NCBI GenBank assembly: GCA_963790475.1
Contig: CAWBOS010000012.1
Coordinates: forward strand, 1,152,001 to 1,216,000
Reading direction: 5' to 3'
DNA: 64,000 nt
From: an uncultured delta proteobacterium
GTDB lineage: Bacteria; Desulfobacterota; RBG-13-43-22
Shown: positions 52,649 to 61,164 of the stretch, one piece after another
How the letters are laid out: every line of letters begins with the position of its first letter
Position numbering within the stretch: the first letter of the stretch is position 1
Position numbers and translations under genes: made by a program
The notes under the pieces: generated by a model
What the model saw: the letters and a program-made list of their open reading frames with translations, nothing else
Database searches by the model: none
What the model was told of the DNA's origin: nothing

Positions 52649-52876
52649 GTGGAGAAGAAAATGCTTAGTTGGTTAAAATTAAGAATTCGACTCGAATACC
52701 AAGTTCAGGGGGATTTCGCCCGAGCCTGTGGAAAGTCTGAGGCTTGGCTTTCCAGGATAGTTCGAGGGCGGAAAGAACCAACCAAAGAAGACAAAGAGTT
52801 GATCATCTCAAAATTAAAACCAGAATTTCCGGAAATGCTTTTTATTAATACAGACCAGGCAAAAGACGAACAATAA
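52649..52876 (+). CDS. Small XRE/Cro/Ner-like HTH protein
   Basis: QGDFARACGKSEAWLSRIVRGRKEP..EMLF, immediately upstream of transposase. Confidence 0.8.
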   Translation: MEKKMLSWLKLRIRLEYQVQGDFARACGKSEAWLSRIVRGRKEPTKEDKELIISKLKPEFPEMLFINTDQAKDEQ

Positions 52877-52884
52877 GGCCAGTA

Positions 52885-54738
52885 ATGCGCGAAAAATATA
52901 CATTGACGGTCAAGGAATTTTCTGAACGTGAAAGGATAAGTGTCAGTACGGTAAAGAGGCGCATAAAAGGGAAAAGCATTATTCCCATAAAAATAAAAAG
53001 GCCAAAAGGGTGCAAGGGAAATCGTTTTGAATTAAGAATTTCACATATTTATTTAACAGACAAGGAAAATTTTTTAAAAGAAAAAGGATTATTCCCTGAA
53101 AAGGATGAACTTAAAAACGGTGATTCAAAAAAGAAACAAGAATTAAAGCCTTTTCAAATAAAAGTGGCCGATTATAGATTGAAAATTTTAAAAAAATGTG
53201 ATGCGAGGACTGAAGGCCTCACCGGGAAAATAAGAACAGAAGTTATGAAGGAAGTCGCGAAAGAAGAAGGTAAAACTCTTGGAACCATTAATAGTTATTA
53301 TTCCAGATTTCATAAAGGAGCGTTTGAAGGGTTAGCCCCGCACTGGACGAACGGATCAAGGAAAAAGCGGATTACCAAAGAAATGCGCAAAGATATCAAG
53401 GACCGCTACCTTACGTTAAATGGGGACAATGGTGTTGAGGTCTGTGAGTTTATTGAAAAGAAATATGGTGATCAGGCTCCCTCTCGTAGAACAATTTATT
53501 ATTTTATCACAAAGACTTGGACTCTAGCTACTCGAACGTCCATACGAGAGCCTAATAAATTTAGAAAATTTGATCCTTTTCTTAGAAGAGACCCGTCCAC
53601 TTTAAACCTGCTGGATGTCGTTATTCTCGACGGCAAAAAGATGGATTACCTCGTCTGGTATAAGAATAGACTCATCCGGCCCTGGCTCTACGCGGCTATG
53701 GATTGGAAAAGCAGGAAAACAATAGCCTGGGTTATAACAATAAACCTCAACAGTGATGCGACTGGGCAGGTGATTTACTATATCTATCGCAATTACGGAG
53801 TCGCTGGAGAATTCTATGTTGACAATGGGCCTGAATTTAAGAATGCACACATATTAAGAGTTTGCAGTGAAGCGGGAACTAAAGTTCACCTTGCCTTCGG
53901 TCAGCATCCGCGCGAAAAACCAATTGAAGCCGCTTTTAAATATTTTACTTATCGCCATAAAAATTTTCCGGGATGGGTTGGTCATAATACCAAAATTAGG
54001 GATAACGCGCGCCTGAAACGAGAAATGGAAAATGGACTTATTTGGAAATTCGAAGACTTTGGTCCCGAAGTTGATAAATGGATAATCGAAAGAAATAGCC
54101 AATTGATTCATGGAGATACTAAAAAAACACCCAATAGCTTCTGGGTTGATTTTGTTCCACAGGTTTACTCTGAGGCCCATTGTGACTATCTGCTTATGTT
54201 AAAAGATGAATGCAAGGTGAACGATTCTACGGTTCAAGTTGGGCCAAAGCTTTATAGAGGCACGAAGCTATTGAGATTGGCCGGGCAAAAACTTGTAATC
54301 AGAAGAGATCCTAAAGATCTCTCAAGGGCGGTTGCCTTTTATGAAGAGAAAATTTTTGAGGTCCTAACTGAAGAACGCAGAGATGATGGGCGGGGGCCGC
54401 TAACAGAGGAATCCCGAAAAAATAATAGAAAGATCCGGAAGAACTTTAAAAATTTTCAAAAAGCTGTTCTGGAGGATGAAGAAAATAATTCCGATCTCCT
54501 GTTTTCGGAAGTTCAGAATGGACCGGGAAAACCCCTCCGGAAAAGTGATGTCCGCCACCCTAATGTTATCCGCTTTGATCCGGGGGAGAGACTTTTCAGA
54601 AATACTAAAAAGGCCTTAGCCGAGTCAAAAAATGATGAACTTGAGGAGGCCCAGGAGGCTGCTGCCGGTGGGGGAAGAAAAGATATTTTTTCCAAATTAG
54701 CGAAAATTCACCCCCCAATAGTTGAGGAGGAATATTGA
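52885..54738 (+). CDS. Mu-type DDE transposase
   Basis: N-terminal HTHs (LTVKEFSERERISVSTVKRRI; EGLAP; PSRRTIY), VILDG, AMDWKSRK, YVDNGPEF, EKPIEAAF, Mu C-terminal RRDPKDLS. Confidence 0.9.
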   Translation: MREKYTLTVKEFSERERISVSTVKRRIKGKSIIPIKIKRPKGCKGNRFELRISHIYLTDKENFLKEKGLFPEKDELKNGDSKKKQELKPFQIKVADYRLKILKKCDARTEGLTGKIRTEVMKEVAKEEGKTLGTINSYYSRFHKGAFEGLAPHWTNGSRKKRITKEMRKDIKDRYLTLNGDNGVEVCEFIEKKYGDQAPSRRTIYYFITKTWTLATRTSIREPNKFRKFDPFLRRDPSTLNLLDVVILDGKKMDYLVWYKNRLIRPWLYAAMDWKSRKTIAWVITINLNSDATGQVIYYIYRNYGVAGEFYVDNGPEFKNAHILRVCSEAGTKVHLAFGQHPREKPIEAAFKYFTYRHKNFPGWVGHNTKIRDNARLKREMENGLIWKFEDFGPEVDKWIIERNSQLIHGDTKKTPNSFWVDFVPQVYSEAHCDYLLMLKDECKVNDSTVQVGPKLYRGTKLLRLAGQKLVIRRDPKDLSRAVAFYEEKIFEVLTEERRDDGRGPLTEESRKNNRKIRKNFKNFQKAVLEDEENNSDLLFSEVQNGPGKPLRKSDVRHPNVIRFDPGERLFRNTKKALAESKNDELEEAQEAAAGGGRKDIFSKLAKIHPPIVEEEY

Positions 54739-55703
54739 TGTCTATGTTGGCCTTGCATTCAAATCTATCCGATGATCAGGCTCTAGGAGATGGATATAAC
54801 AGAAAACTTCATGATGACTTTCTTTTTTTAAAGGCCCAACTCGGGATTTCTTATCCAGAAATCGCCCTAGAAATCAATGTCCTTGCGGATACTCTTCAGT
54901 TATACGCGAATAAGCCCTCCATAGGTAATTTTAAAGAGCTTGAAAAAAAACTTGCCCGCTGGGTAGGCAAAAAAATAAATCCCGGACTTCTTCAGGATTC
55001 TAATTATCTTGCGATCAGTCCTTCGGAAAAGGGATTAACCATTTGCCAAGCTTCTCGGATAGAAAGGATTATGGCCCTTATAATTGCTTCTTCCGGTTGG
55101 GGCAAGGCTACGTTTGAAAATGAGTTTTGCCGTCGATTCCCGGACACGGTTTTTATTAGCTGTGATGTCACTATAAGGTCGCTCGGGGCAGTACTTGATC
55201 TACTCGGACACCAAATGCCGGTCGCGAGAAATCATCTAAATAATACCGCCTTTCTCTTGAAAATTATCGACAATTTAAAAAATAGTGGCCGTCTTTTAAT
55301 CGTCGATGAATGCCATTTTTTAAGTTGGCCGGGGTTTGAGATTTTCCGGAAAATTCATGATTGGGCCAAAGTTGGAGTCGTTTATTCCGGTCAGGAGTAT
55401 ACCCTCTCGCAAATGCGAGGGCGAAAAGGCTTTTTGTATGATCAAATCTTTAGCAGGTTATCTATTACTTGTGAGCTTAACACACTAGAGCGAAATGATG
55501 TCGTTCTTTTAGCCGATTCCGTTTGTTCGGGTTTAGATAAAAGATGCATAGATTTCCTAGCCAATAAAGCGCGCGGGCGGGGTCATTTTCGGGTTATGAT
55601 GACTGTGTTGCGAAGGGCCGCACAATTAGCCCAAGCAGAAAATATTCCCCTTACTTTAAATATTTTAAAAGAGGCCAATGAATTTTCAGGAGGTCTGTTA
55701 TGA
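54735..55703 (+). CDS. MuB/TniB-like AAA transposition ATPase
   Basis: N-terminal HTH, ASSGWGKA (variant Walker A), LLIVDECH Walker B, RKIHD, QIFSRL, GHFR. Confidence 0.88.
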   Translation: MMSMLALHSNLSDDQALGDGYNRKLHDDFLFLKAQLGISYPEIALEINVLADTLQLYANKPSIGNFKELEKKLARWVGKKINPGLLQDSNYLAISPSEKGLTICQASRIERIMALIIASSGWGKATFENEFCRRFPDTVFISCDVTIRSLGAVLDLLGHQMPVARNHLNNTAFLLKIIDNLKNSGRLLIVDECHFLSWPGFEIFRKIHDWAKVGVVYSGQEYTLSQMRGRKGFLYDQIFSRLSITCELNTLERNDVVLLADSVCSGLDKRCIDFLANKARGRGHFRVMMTVLRRAAQLAQAENIPLTLNILKEANEFSGGLL

Positions 55704-56056
55704 CTTTATCAGTTAAGGCTCAAAAAATTTATGAATCCCTCGATGAAAAAACAAAAAGGGTCATTAAGGGAAGCTACCCTTTTAAAAAGCTTCGGAATGA
55801 GGCCATCGCCGACCTGGGGAAAAAAGGTGTTAATGGGCGCCTCTTGGCTGAGATTACCGGCTTGAGTACTTCCAGTGTAAGCCGCATTTTGGGGACAGGC
55901 GGACAGACGCGATACAAACCCGACAGGAGAGAGGTAGAATTGTGGAAATTAAAAGAGATGATTGATGGACTCTATAAGCGCTACAGGCGCTTTATCTTGG
56001 CCAGAGACGAAAGGAGGGGGAAAAAAGGCATAGATGGCAGGGCGGGGAAGACTTAA
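55700..56056 (+). CDS. HTH DNA-binding protein (Mor/C-like position and pattern)
   Basis: LRNEAI..GVNGRLLAEITGLSTSSVSRIL. Confidence 0.65.
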   Translation: MTLSVKAQKIYESLDEKTKRVIKGSYPFKKLRNEAIADLGKKGVNGRLLAEITGLSTSSVSRILGTGGQTRYKPDRREVELWKLKEMIDGLYKRYRRFILARDERRGKKGIDGRAGKT

Positions 56057-56106
56057 ACGTTTTTAAACGGGTTTTAAAAGCTTTTAAACGCTATAGGGAG
56101 GGAAAA

Positions 56107-56442
56107 ATGAGTCAAGTTCCGAGTGAAGAGCTTAAAAACGTGTTTAATGTACTCGACACGGGGAAAGAGGATGATACAGGAAGACCTTTTAGCGGAGGAT
56201 TGGGGATTTTGGATGACTTGCAAACCTGGGCTTGTAAATTGGAATCACTGGGCGACGCCATAAGTAGTATGGCTTTTGCGGATAGTCAGAATAAATGCGA
56301 TTCAAGTCTTGCGTCTTCTGGTGAACAATTAGGATATATCATTAAAGATTACGCCAAAGCGATTTTTAGTGTTCTTGGGACCCCGGAAATGTATTCACTA
56401 TTTAAGAAAGCCGAGGAAGAGAGACGAGGGAAGAAATTGTGA
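56107..56442 (+). CDS. Hypothetical helical protein
   Basis: GGGAGGG RBS, 111 aa, co-oriented in element. Confidence 0.65.
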   Translation: MSQVPSEELKNVFNVLDTGKEDDTGRPFSGGLGILDDLQTWACKLESLGDAISSMAFADSQNKCDSSLASSGEQLGYIIKDYAKAIFSVLGTPEMYSLFKKAEEERRGKKL

Positions 56443-56450
56443 TGTAGGGT

Positions 56451-56576
56451 TCTTGGTTTGCCCTGGATAGGCCGATCACCGAAAAGGCGGAAACTCTCAC
56501 CGCCCTGCCAGGGTAAAATAAATGAGAGGCAACCAAGAGAGGGTTGCGATAGCCGGGTGCTATCCAACCCTTTTTT
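56451..56576 (+). promoter_or_regulatory. Structured RNA leader ending in an intrinsic terminator just before the tape measure RBS
   Basis: GGGTTG-c-GATAGC-cgggt-GCTATC-CAACCC-TTTTTT (56541-56576) preceded by nested stems. Confidence 0.7.
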
Positions 56577-56590
56577 ATTAGGAGGAGACA

Positions 56591-59035
56591 ATGGCTGAAG
56601 TAAAAATTGAAATCACCGCCCAGGACAATGCCTCCGGAGTTTTTAAAAACATCCAATCTGCAAACAGTTCTGCCCTTAATCAGATGTCCGCTGAAACCAG
56701 GAACTATACCGAGAGCAGCAAGAGCCTGGTCACTTCTCTAAAGGAACACTGGGTCGCCGCCTCGGTGGCCGTTTATGGGGCCTGGAGGTTGATCCAGGAG
56801 GGGCTGGACCTGGCCAAGCTGGGAGCACATGCCCAGCAGGCAGAGGAGTCATTTAGGACGGTTGTCGCTTCATATGGAGAAGATGCAGACGTCCTCCTTT
56901 CTAAAATGAAAGAGGCATCGCGGGGGTTAATTGATGACTCAGATTTGATGCAAAGGGCGGTCAAGGGACTTATGTCAGGGGCAGACTCCTCACAATTGGT
57001 TACACAACTTCAATATGCCAGCTATGGTGCCAGAATAGCCGCAACCTCTGTGGCAGATGCCTATGATATCGCGACAAATGCATTATCAAACCAAATGCTC
57101 CGAGGAGAGAAGGTGGTTGGACTGCAAGGAGACCTAAATAAAGCCTTCACTGAAGAGGCCGAAAAACTTGGAACAGTTGCGGGGGCGCTTAATGAAACGA
57201 CACAAACCCATGCTTTATTTGCTCAGGCGGGAGAGGATGCTATTCAAAAGATGAAGATCATGGGGCCACTTACTGAAAATGCAGCAGAGAAGTTCCAGAA
57301 AATGCAGGTTCAGGTAACGGAATTAAAAGAGACTATTGGAAAAGGACTGGTGGTTGTTTTAGAGACCGTCGGCGCTCTCTTTTATTCAGTGGCCACCGGA
57401 GCCCTGTATTTAGCGGGGGCTTTCGCCACGGTGGGGCAGGGCCTTGATTATATTGCTGGGAATTTAGGAGGTGCCGAGAAACTTAGGGATATTGCGAATA
57501 ACCTTTTCGGCGCTGCCGCCGAAACTAACAAAAAGGCCGAGACCATGTGGAAGGCAGTGGGCGCGGCAATTGAGGGTGCGACCAGCAAAATAAATAATGC
57601 CGCCGCCGCGCAATTGAAATCTGACCAGACTGCCAAACAACAAGCCGATTCTCTAAACTTATTAAAAGATAAAATTAAGGAGGCCAACACCTCTGTCGAG
57701 GAATTCGGGAAAAAGATGGGCGACCTGGCCCCGGACCTGAACGAAACGTCCAAAAAGGTCGCTGATGTGACCCAGGAAGTTCAAAAGATGAAACAAACCT
57801 TGCTGCAAAACGTGGGTCAAAATGTGCTGGACCAATTGGCCCCACAGATCGATGCTGCCGCGGCGGCGGGAATATCCAATATTTATAAGCAGCAGCTCAA
57901 GGATTTTGATGATCTCATGACCGGGATGTCCACTGCCCGCAAAGAAGGGATCACAAAGGATCTGGCCGAGATCGATAAGTCCCTGGCCGATGAGACCAAG
58001 AAATTTGGGAATAACTCGGTGATGATGACCGCCATCGCCCAGGCCGAAGACCTGAAGCGGATCGACAGCCTGAAGAAATGGAAAGATTCCCTGATCTCGA
58101 TGCACAATGAGGCGATCGACAAGGCACGGGAATATTATAAGACCGTCGAGGACCTGAATCTCGAACTCAGCAAAGGCACCATTTTTCTGGATCAATGGAA
58201 AAAGGGATTCCCTTCTGACCAGAAGTCTGTCTTTGAGAAAAGTCGGCAAGATCTTCAACTGATGATTGACATGGCCAACAATAACCCCACCCTGCAAAAT
58301 CTACAGTCCGCCAAGTCGGCCATTGAAAGTTTCGCTCAGCAGAACGATCCCTTGAGGACTACGCTTATAGATACCCCAGGAAAAGGTTTGCAGCCGATAT
58401 GGAAAGATTCTGATGTCGCCAAAATGCAAGATCAATATGCGAGCATCCAGACTTCGATAGCAGGGGTAAAAGATGCGACCCAGACACTTGGCGATTCATC
58501 GATGACAACCGCCATGAAATTTATTGACATTATCAAGCCTATAGATCAGGCGATGGACCTGCTCAAATCAAGAGTCACCGATTATATCGATATGATCTCC
58601 ATCCAAAGGCAGGTCACACTGGATACCTCGCCGGCAGTTGATTCCCTCCAGGCCCTAATCACAAAAACCACAGAGGCCCTGGGCTATATCCAGCAGCTTG
58701 ACCGCTATAATACTTTCTCCACTTCCGCCATGTCCGGCCTTGCGCCCTCGGCTCCGGCTGCCGAGGTGGCGCCCCCCGAAAATGTGCCGGTTATGGCCGG
58801 AGGAACGCCCTACGTCCGTAAGGCGGGATATGCCTGGGTAGATCCGGGCGAGCGGGTGATGACTGCCGACCAGAACCGGGCCTATAGCGGCGGCGGGAAA
58901 CAATCTTCTGTTTCTTTTGGGGATATTAAAATAAGTATTCAGGGAGTCAATGACGTCGAAGAGATCGCCAGGAAAATTGCGATTCCCTTGCAGAAACGAT
59001 TCCGCGAATTGAATCATCTCTTGGGCGGAAACTAA
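56591..59035 (+). CDS. Phage tail tape measure protein
   Basis: N-terminal EVKIEITAQDNASGVF, long Ala/Gln/Lys helical body with hydrophobic stretch, C-terminal MAGGT..GYAWVDPGERVMTADQN..SVSFGDIKISI. Confidence 0.85.
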   Translation: MAEVKIEITAQDNASGVFKNIQSANSSALNQMSAETRNYTESSKSLVTSLKEHWVAASVAVYGAWRLIQEGLDLAKLGAHAQQAEESFRTVVASYGEDADVLLSKMKEASRGLIDDSDLMQRAVKGLMSGADSSQLVTQLQYASYGARIAATSVADAYDIATNALSNQMLRGEKVVGLQGDLNKAFTEEAEKLGTVAGALNETTQTHALFAQAGEDAIQKMKIMGPLTENAAEKFQKMQVQVTELKETIGKGLVVVLETVGALFYSVATGALYLAGAFATVGQGLDYIAGNLGGAEKLRDIANNLFGAAAETNKKAETMWKAVGAAIEGATSKINNAAAAQLKSDQTAKQQADSLNLLKDKIKEANTSVEEFGKKMGDLAPDLNETSKKVADVTQEVQKMKQTLLQNVGQNVLDQLAPQIDAAAAAGISNIYKQQLKDFDDLMTGMSTARKEGITKDLAEIDKSLADETKKFGNNSVMMTAIAQAEDLKRIDSLKKWKDSLISMHNEAIDKAREYYKTVEDLNLELSKGTIFLDQWKKGFPSDQKSVFEKSRQDLQLMIDMANNNPTLQNLQSAKSAIESFAQQNDPLRTTLIDTPGKGLQPIWKDSDVAKMQDQYASIQTSIAGVKDATQTLGDSSMTTAMKFIDIIKPIDQAMDLLKSRVTDYIDMISIQRQVTLDTSPAVDSLQALITKTTEALGYIQQLDRYNTFSTSAMSGLAPSAPAAEVAPPENVPVMAGGTPYVRKAGYAWVDPGERVMTADQNRAYSGGGKQSSVSFGDIKISIQGVNDVEEIARKIAIPLQKRFRELNHLLGGN

Positions 59036-59068
59036 TTAAAAAAAAGTCATTTGAAAGGAGGGCTCGCT

Positions 59069-60271
59069 ATGGAAAATTCCAGAAATCTTTTAGAGGATAT
59101 TGAGAGGACACTCTTTTACCAACGTCATGGTTCAACTGGATTGAGCATCGGAAAAGACGAACTTCAAAAGGGAAGAGATGCCCTTGTTAAAACCTTCATC
59201 CCCGAATACCCTTCGGGCGGGTTTAGTGGGTTCAAGGGACTCCGGGAAGCCTACATTTACTTTACCGGAGATAATGAACTGCGCGGCAAGGCAGCCGGTT
59301 TCAGCCCCTCTAAGGTGTCGAGTGGCCTGCGGGGTTGCGCCGACTTCAATTCAAATACTTTCAGCTTTGCCCTGCAAAATGCTTTAAATATGTACCTCTC
59401 TAAGGCCTATGCGGCATTCCCTTACCACGAAGAGATATTCATCTCTGAGATAAAGACGGTCACTGATTTCAGGAAAATTACTTCCCTTCAATTGGCCTAC
59501 CCAGGAGATCTTCCTGATGTCGATCCGGAGGCGGGCGATTATCAGTCTCTTGGAGAGTATATAGATACCGAGTCTCAATATGATCTTGAACACAAAGGAG
59601 GGATCACCTGGGTAACGAGAAAACACCTCATCAATGATTCGGTAGGTCTGGTTCAGGCCATGATTAATAGAAGGGCGCGATCCGCCAGGAGAACTCATGC
59701 GAAATTTGTTTGGAGCTTTTTTATTAATAACTCCAACTGTCCGGATGGAACGGCGTGGTTTACTGCGCCACATGGGAACTTAGGATCAGACGCCTTGAAT
59801 TTTGATCCCCTGGCCGCAGCCATCACGGCCCTGGCTGATATGGAGGAACCGGGGTCAGGAGAAAAGCTTGGGATGGATCTTGCCAGCTTTAATTGGAATC
59901 TGGTTATCCCTATTGCCCTCTGGAAGCTGGCCATATCGAAAAATCAGGCAAGGCATTATTATGATTCAAACGATTTAACTGACAAGATCGAGAATCCAAA
60001 CTGCCGCCTGTTCGGTGATCATAACGAAAGAATTATCGTCTGTCCCTTTATCACTGATTCTAACGATTGGGGAGTTGTTAGAGATAAAAATGATGTCCCG
60101 ATTATCGAAATGTCTTATCTTAATGGACATCAGGAACCGGAATTTATTACTGCCGATGCGTCACTAGCCGAGAGAAATTTTCGATCAGACGACTATGGCT
60201 ATAAGATCAGACATGAATATGGCGGCACCTTGGCCGGATCACAGGGCGGATACAAATCCGTTGTAGCCTAA
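59069..60271 (+). CDS. Phage major capsid protein (Mu gpT-related HK97 fold)
   Basis: VTDFR, TRKHLINDS, ARRT, DGTAWF..HGNL, LVIP, PIIEMSYLNG..P, KIRHEYGG pattern of transposable-phage capsids; AAGGAGG RBS. Confidence 0.85.
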   Translation: MENSRNLLEDIERTLFYQRHGSTGLSIGKDELQKGRDALVKTFIPEYPSGGFSGFKGLREAYIYFTGDNELRGKAAGFSPSKVSSGLRGCADFNSNTFSFALQNALNMYLSKAYAAFPYHEEIFISEIKTVTDFRKITSLQLAYPGDLPDVDPEAGDYQSLGEYIDTESQYDLEHKGGITWVTRKHLINDSVGLVQAMINRRARSARRTHAKFVWSFFINNSNCPDGTAWFTAPHGNLGSDALNFDPLAAAITALADMEEPGSGEKLGMDLASFNWNLVIPIALWKLAISKNQARHYYDSNDLTDKIENPNCRLFGDHNERIIVCPFITDSNDWGVVRDKNDVPIIEMSYLNGHQEPEFITADASLAERNFRSDDYGYKIRHEYGGTLAGSQGGYKSVVA

Positions 60272-60289
60272 AGAATAGAGTTTCCCAAA

Positions 60290-60366
60290 GCCCATAGCCT
60301 TTCCTCCCTATGGGTTCCAGGCAGGGCGGTTTCTGACCCAAAGCAGAAATCGCCCTTAGCTTGGAA
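60290..60366 (+). other. Two tandem hairpins after the capsid gene
   Basis: CCCATAG-cctttcctcc-CTATGGG; TTCCAGGC-AGGGCGGTTTCTG-loop-CAGAAATCGCCCT-ta-GCTTGGAA. Confidence 0.65.
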
Positions 60367-60379
60367 TAAAAGGACTTGC

Positions 60380-60760
60380 ATGAGAAAAAGCGATTTTTTA
60401 ACTGATATTGCCCAAAACTATGAACCAAAGATTGAAGCAGTATTTTTTTGTAATGAGAAGTGTTTGCCAAAAGGTGTTTTTGGTATGGCAAATGCCCTCC
60501 CCAGTCTGGAATGGTATCGAATTCTTATTCACAATAAACTTCTTTTCTGCCCGATCCGCTCCTTTTGGACCTTTTTCCATGAGCTTGGTCATATTGTTTT
60601 GGGTCACTTTGGCCGGATGGATGATGGAAGTGAGGAGAGGGCCGCAGGCGAATGGGCATTCAGGGAGATGGGAACAATTGACCAAGAGGGAAAGATAAAG
60701 AAGGAAAACGCCTTTTGTTATGTTTGCCTCTCTACCTATTCAAAATCATGCCTTAAATAA
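60380..60760 (+). CDS. ImmA/IrrE-like HExxH metallopeptidase
   Basis: WTFFHELGHIVLGH, EERAAGEWA. Confidence 0.75.
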   Translation: MRKSDFLTDIAQNYEPKIEAVFFCNEKCLPKGVFGMANALPSLEWYRILIHNKLLFCPIRSFWTFFHELGHIVLGHFGRMDDGSEERAAGEWAFREMGTIDQEGKIKKENAFCYVCLSTYSKSCLK

Positions 60761-60764
60761 TTTC

Positions 60765-60974
60765 ATGACCAAATACGACCCCAAAAAAGCAGAACAATAT
60801 AAGGGACGTCCACATTCCCACTATCGGAACCAGGGCAAGCATAAATGCAGGTTATGTGGGAAGAAAACAGACAATCATTGGAACTGCCCGGAGTGCCTGG
60901 AAAGGATGGCCAAAGGAGAGATCGAGGCGCCGGTAACCGATATCTTGGGCCAGGATCTCGACGTGCCTTTATAG
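60765..60974 (+). CDS. Small zinc-finger protein
   Basis: CRLC-N9-CPEC. Confidence 0.55.
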   Translation: MTKYDPKKAEQYKGRPHSHYRNQGKHKCRLCGKKTDNHWNCPECLERMAKGEIEAPVTDILGQDLDVPL

Positions 60975-61130
60975 TAGGCTTTAAAGCCGTTTTAGCGGGC
61001 CATTTATGGGCCTTTAAATTTGTTTTAAACTGATCTTAAAGGATCTCCTTCGCTGCTAGTTTGGGGATCGGAAGCTCTTCAAGATCGAATAGGATTTGTG
61101 TTCTCTTTTTTTCTCGCCGTTTTTTTTATT

Positions 61131-61164
61131 GAAACCTATTTGCAATTTTTCAAAACCTATTTGC
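61131..61164. repeat. Right-end tandem candidate transposase-binding boxes
   Basis: AAACCTATTTGC at 61132 and 61153 (21-bp spacing). Confidence 0.75.

Noticed and set aside
862-60698. Numerous 60-220 aa antisense or alternate-frame ORFs in the track
   Set aside because: They overlap well-supported genes and have no recognisable motifs or RBS; treated as shadows.
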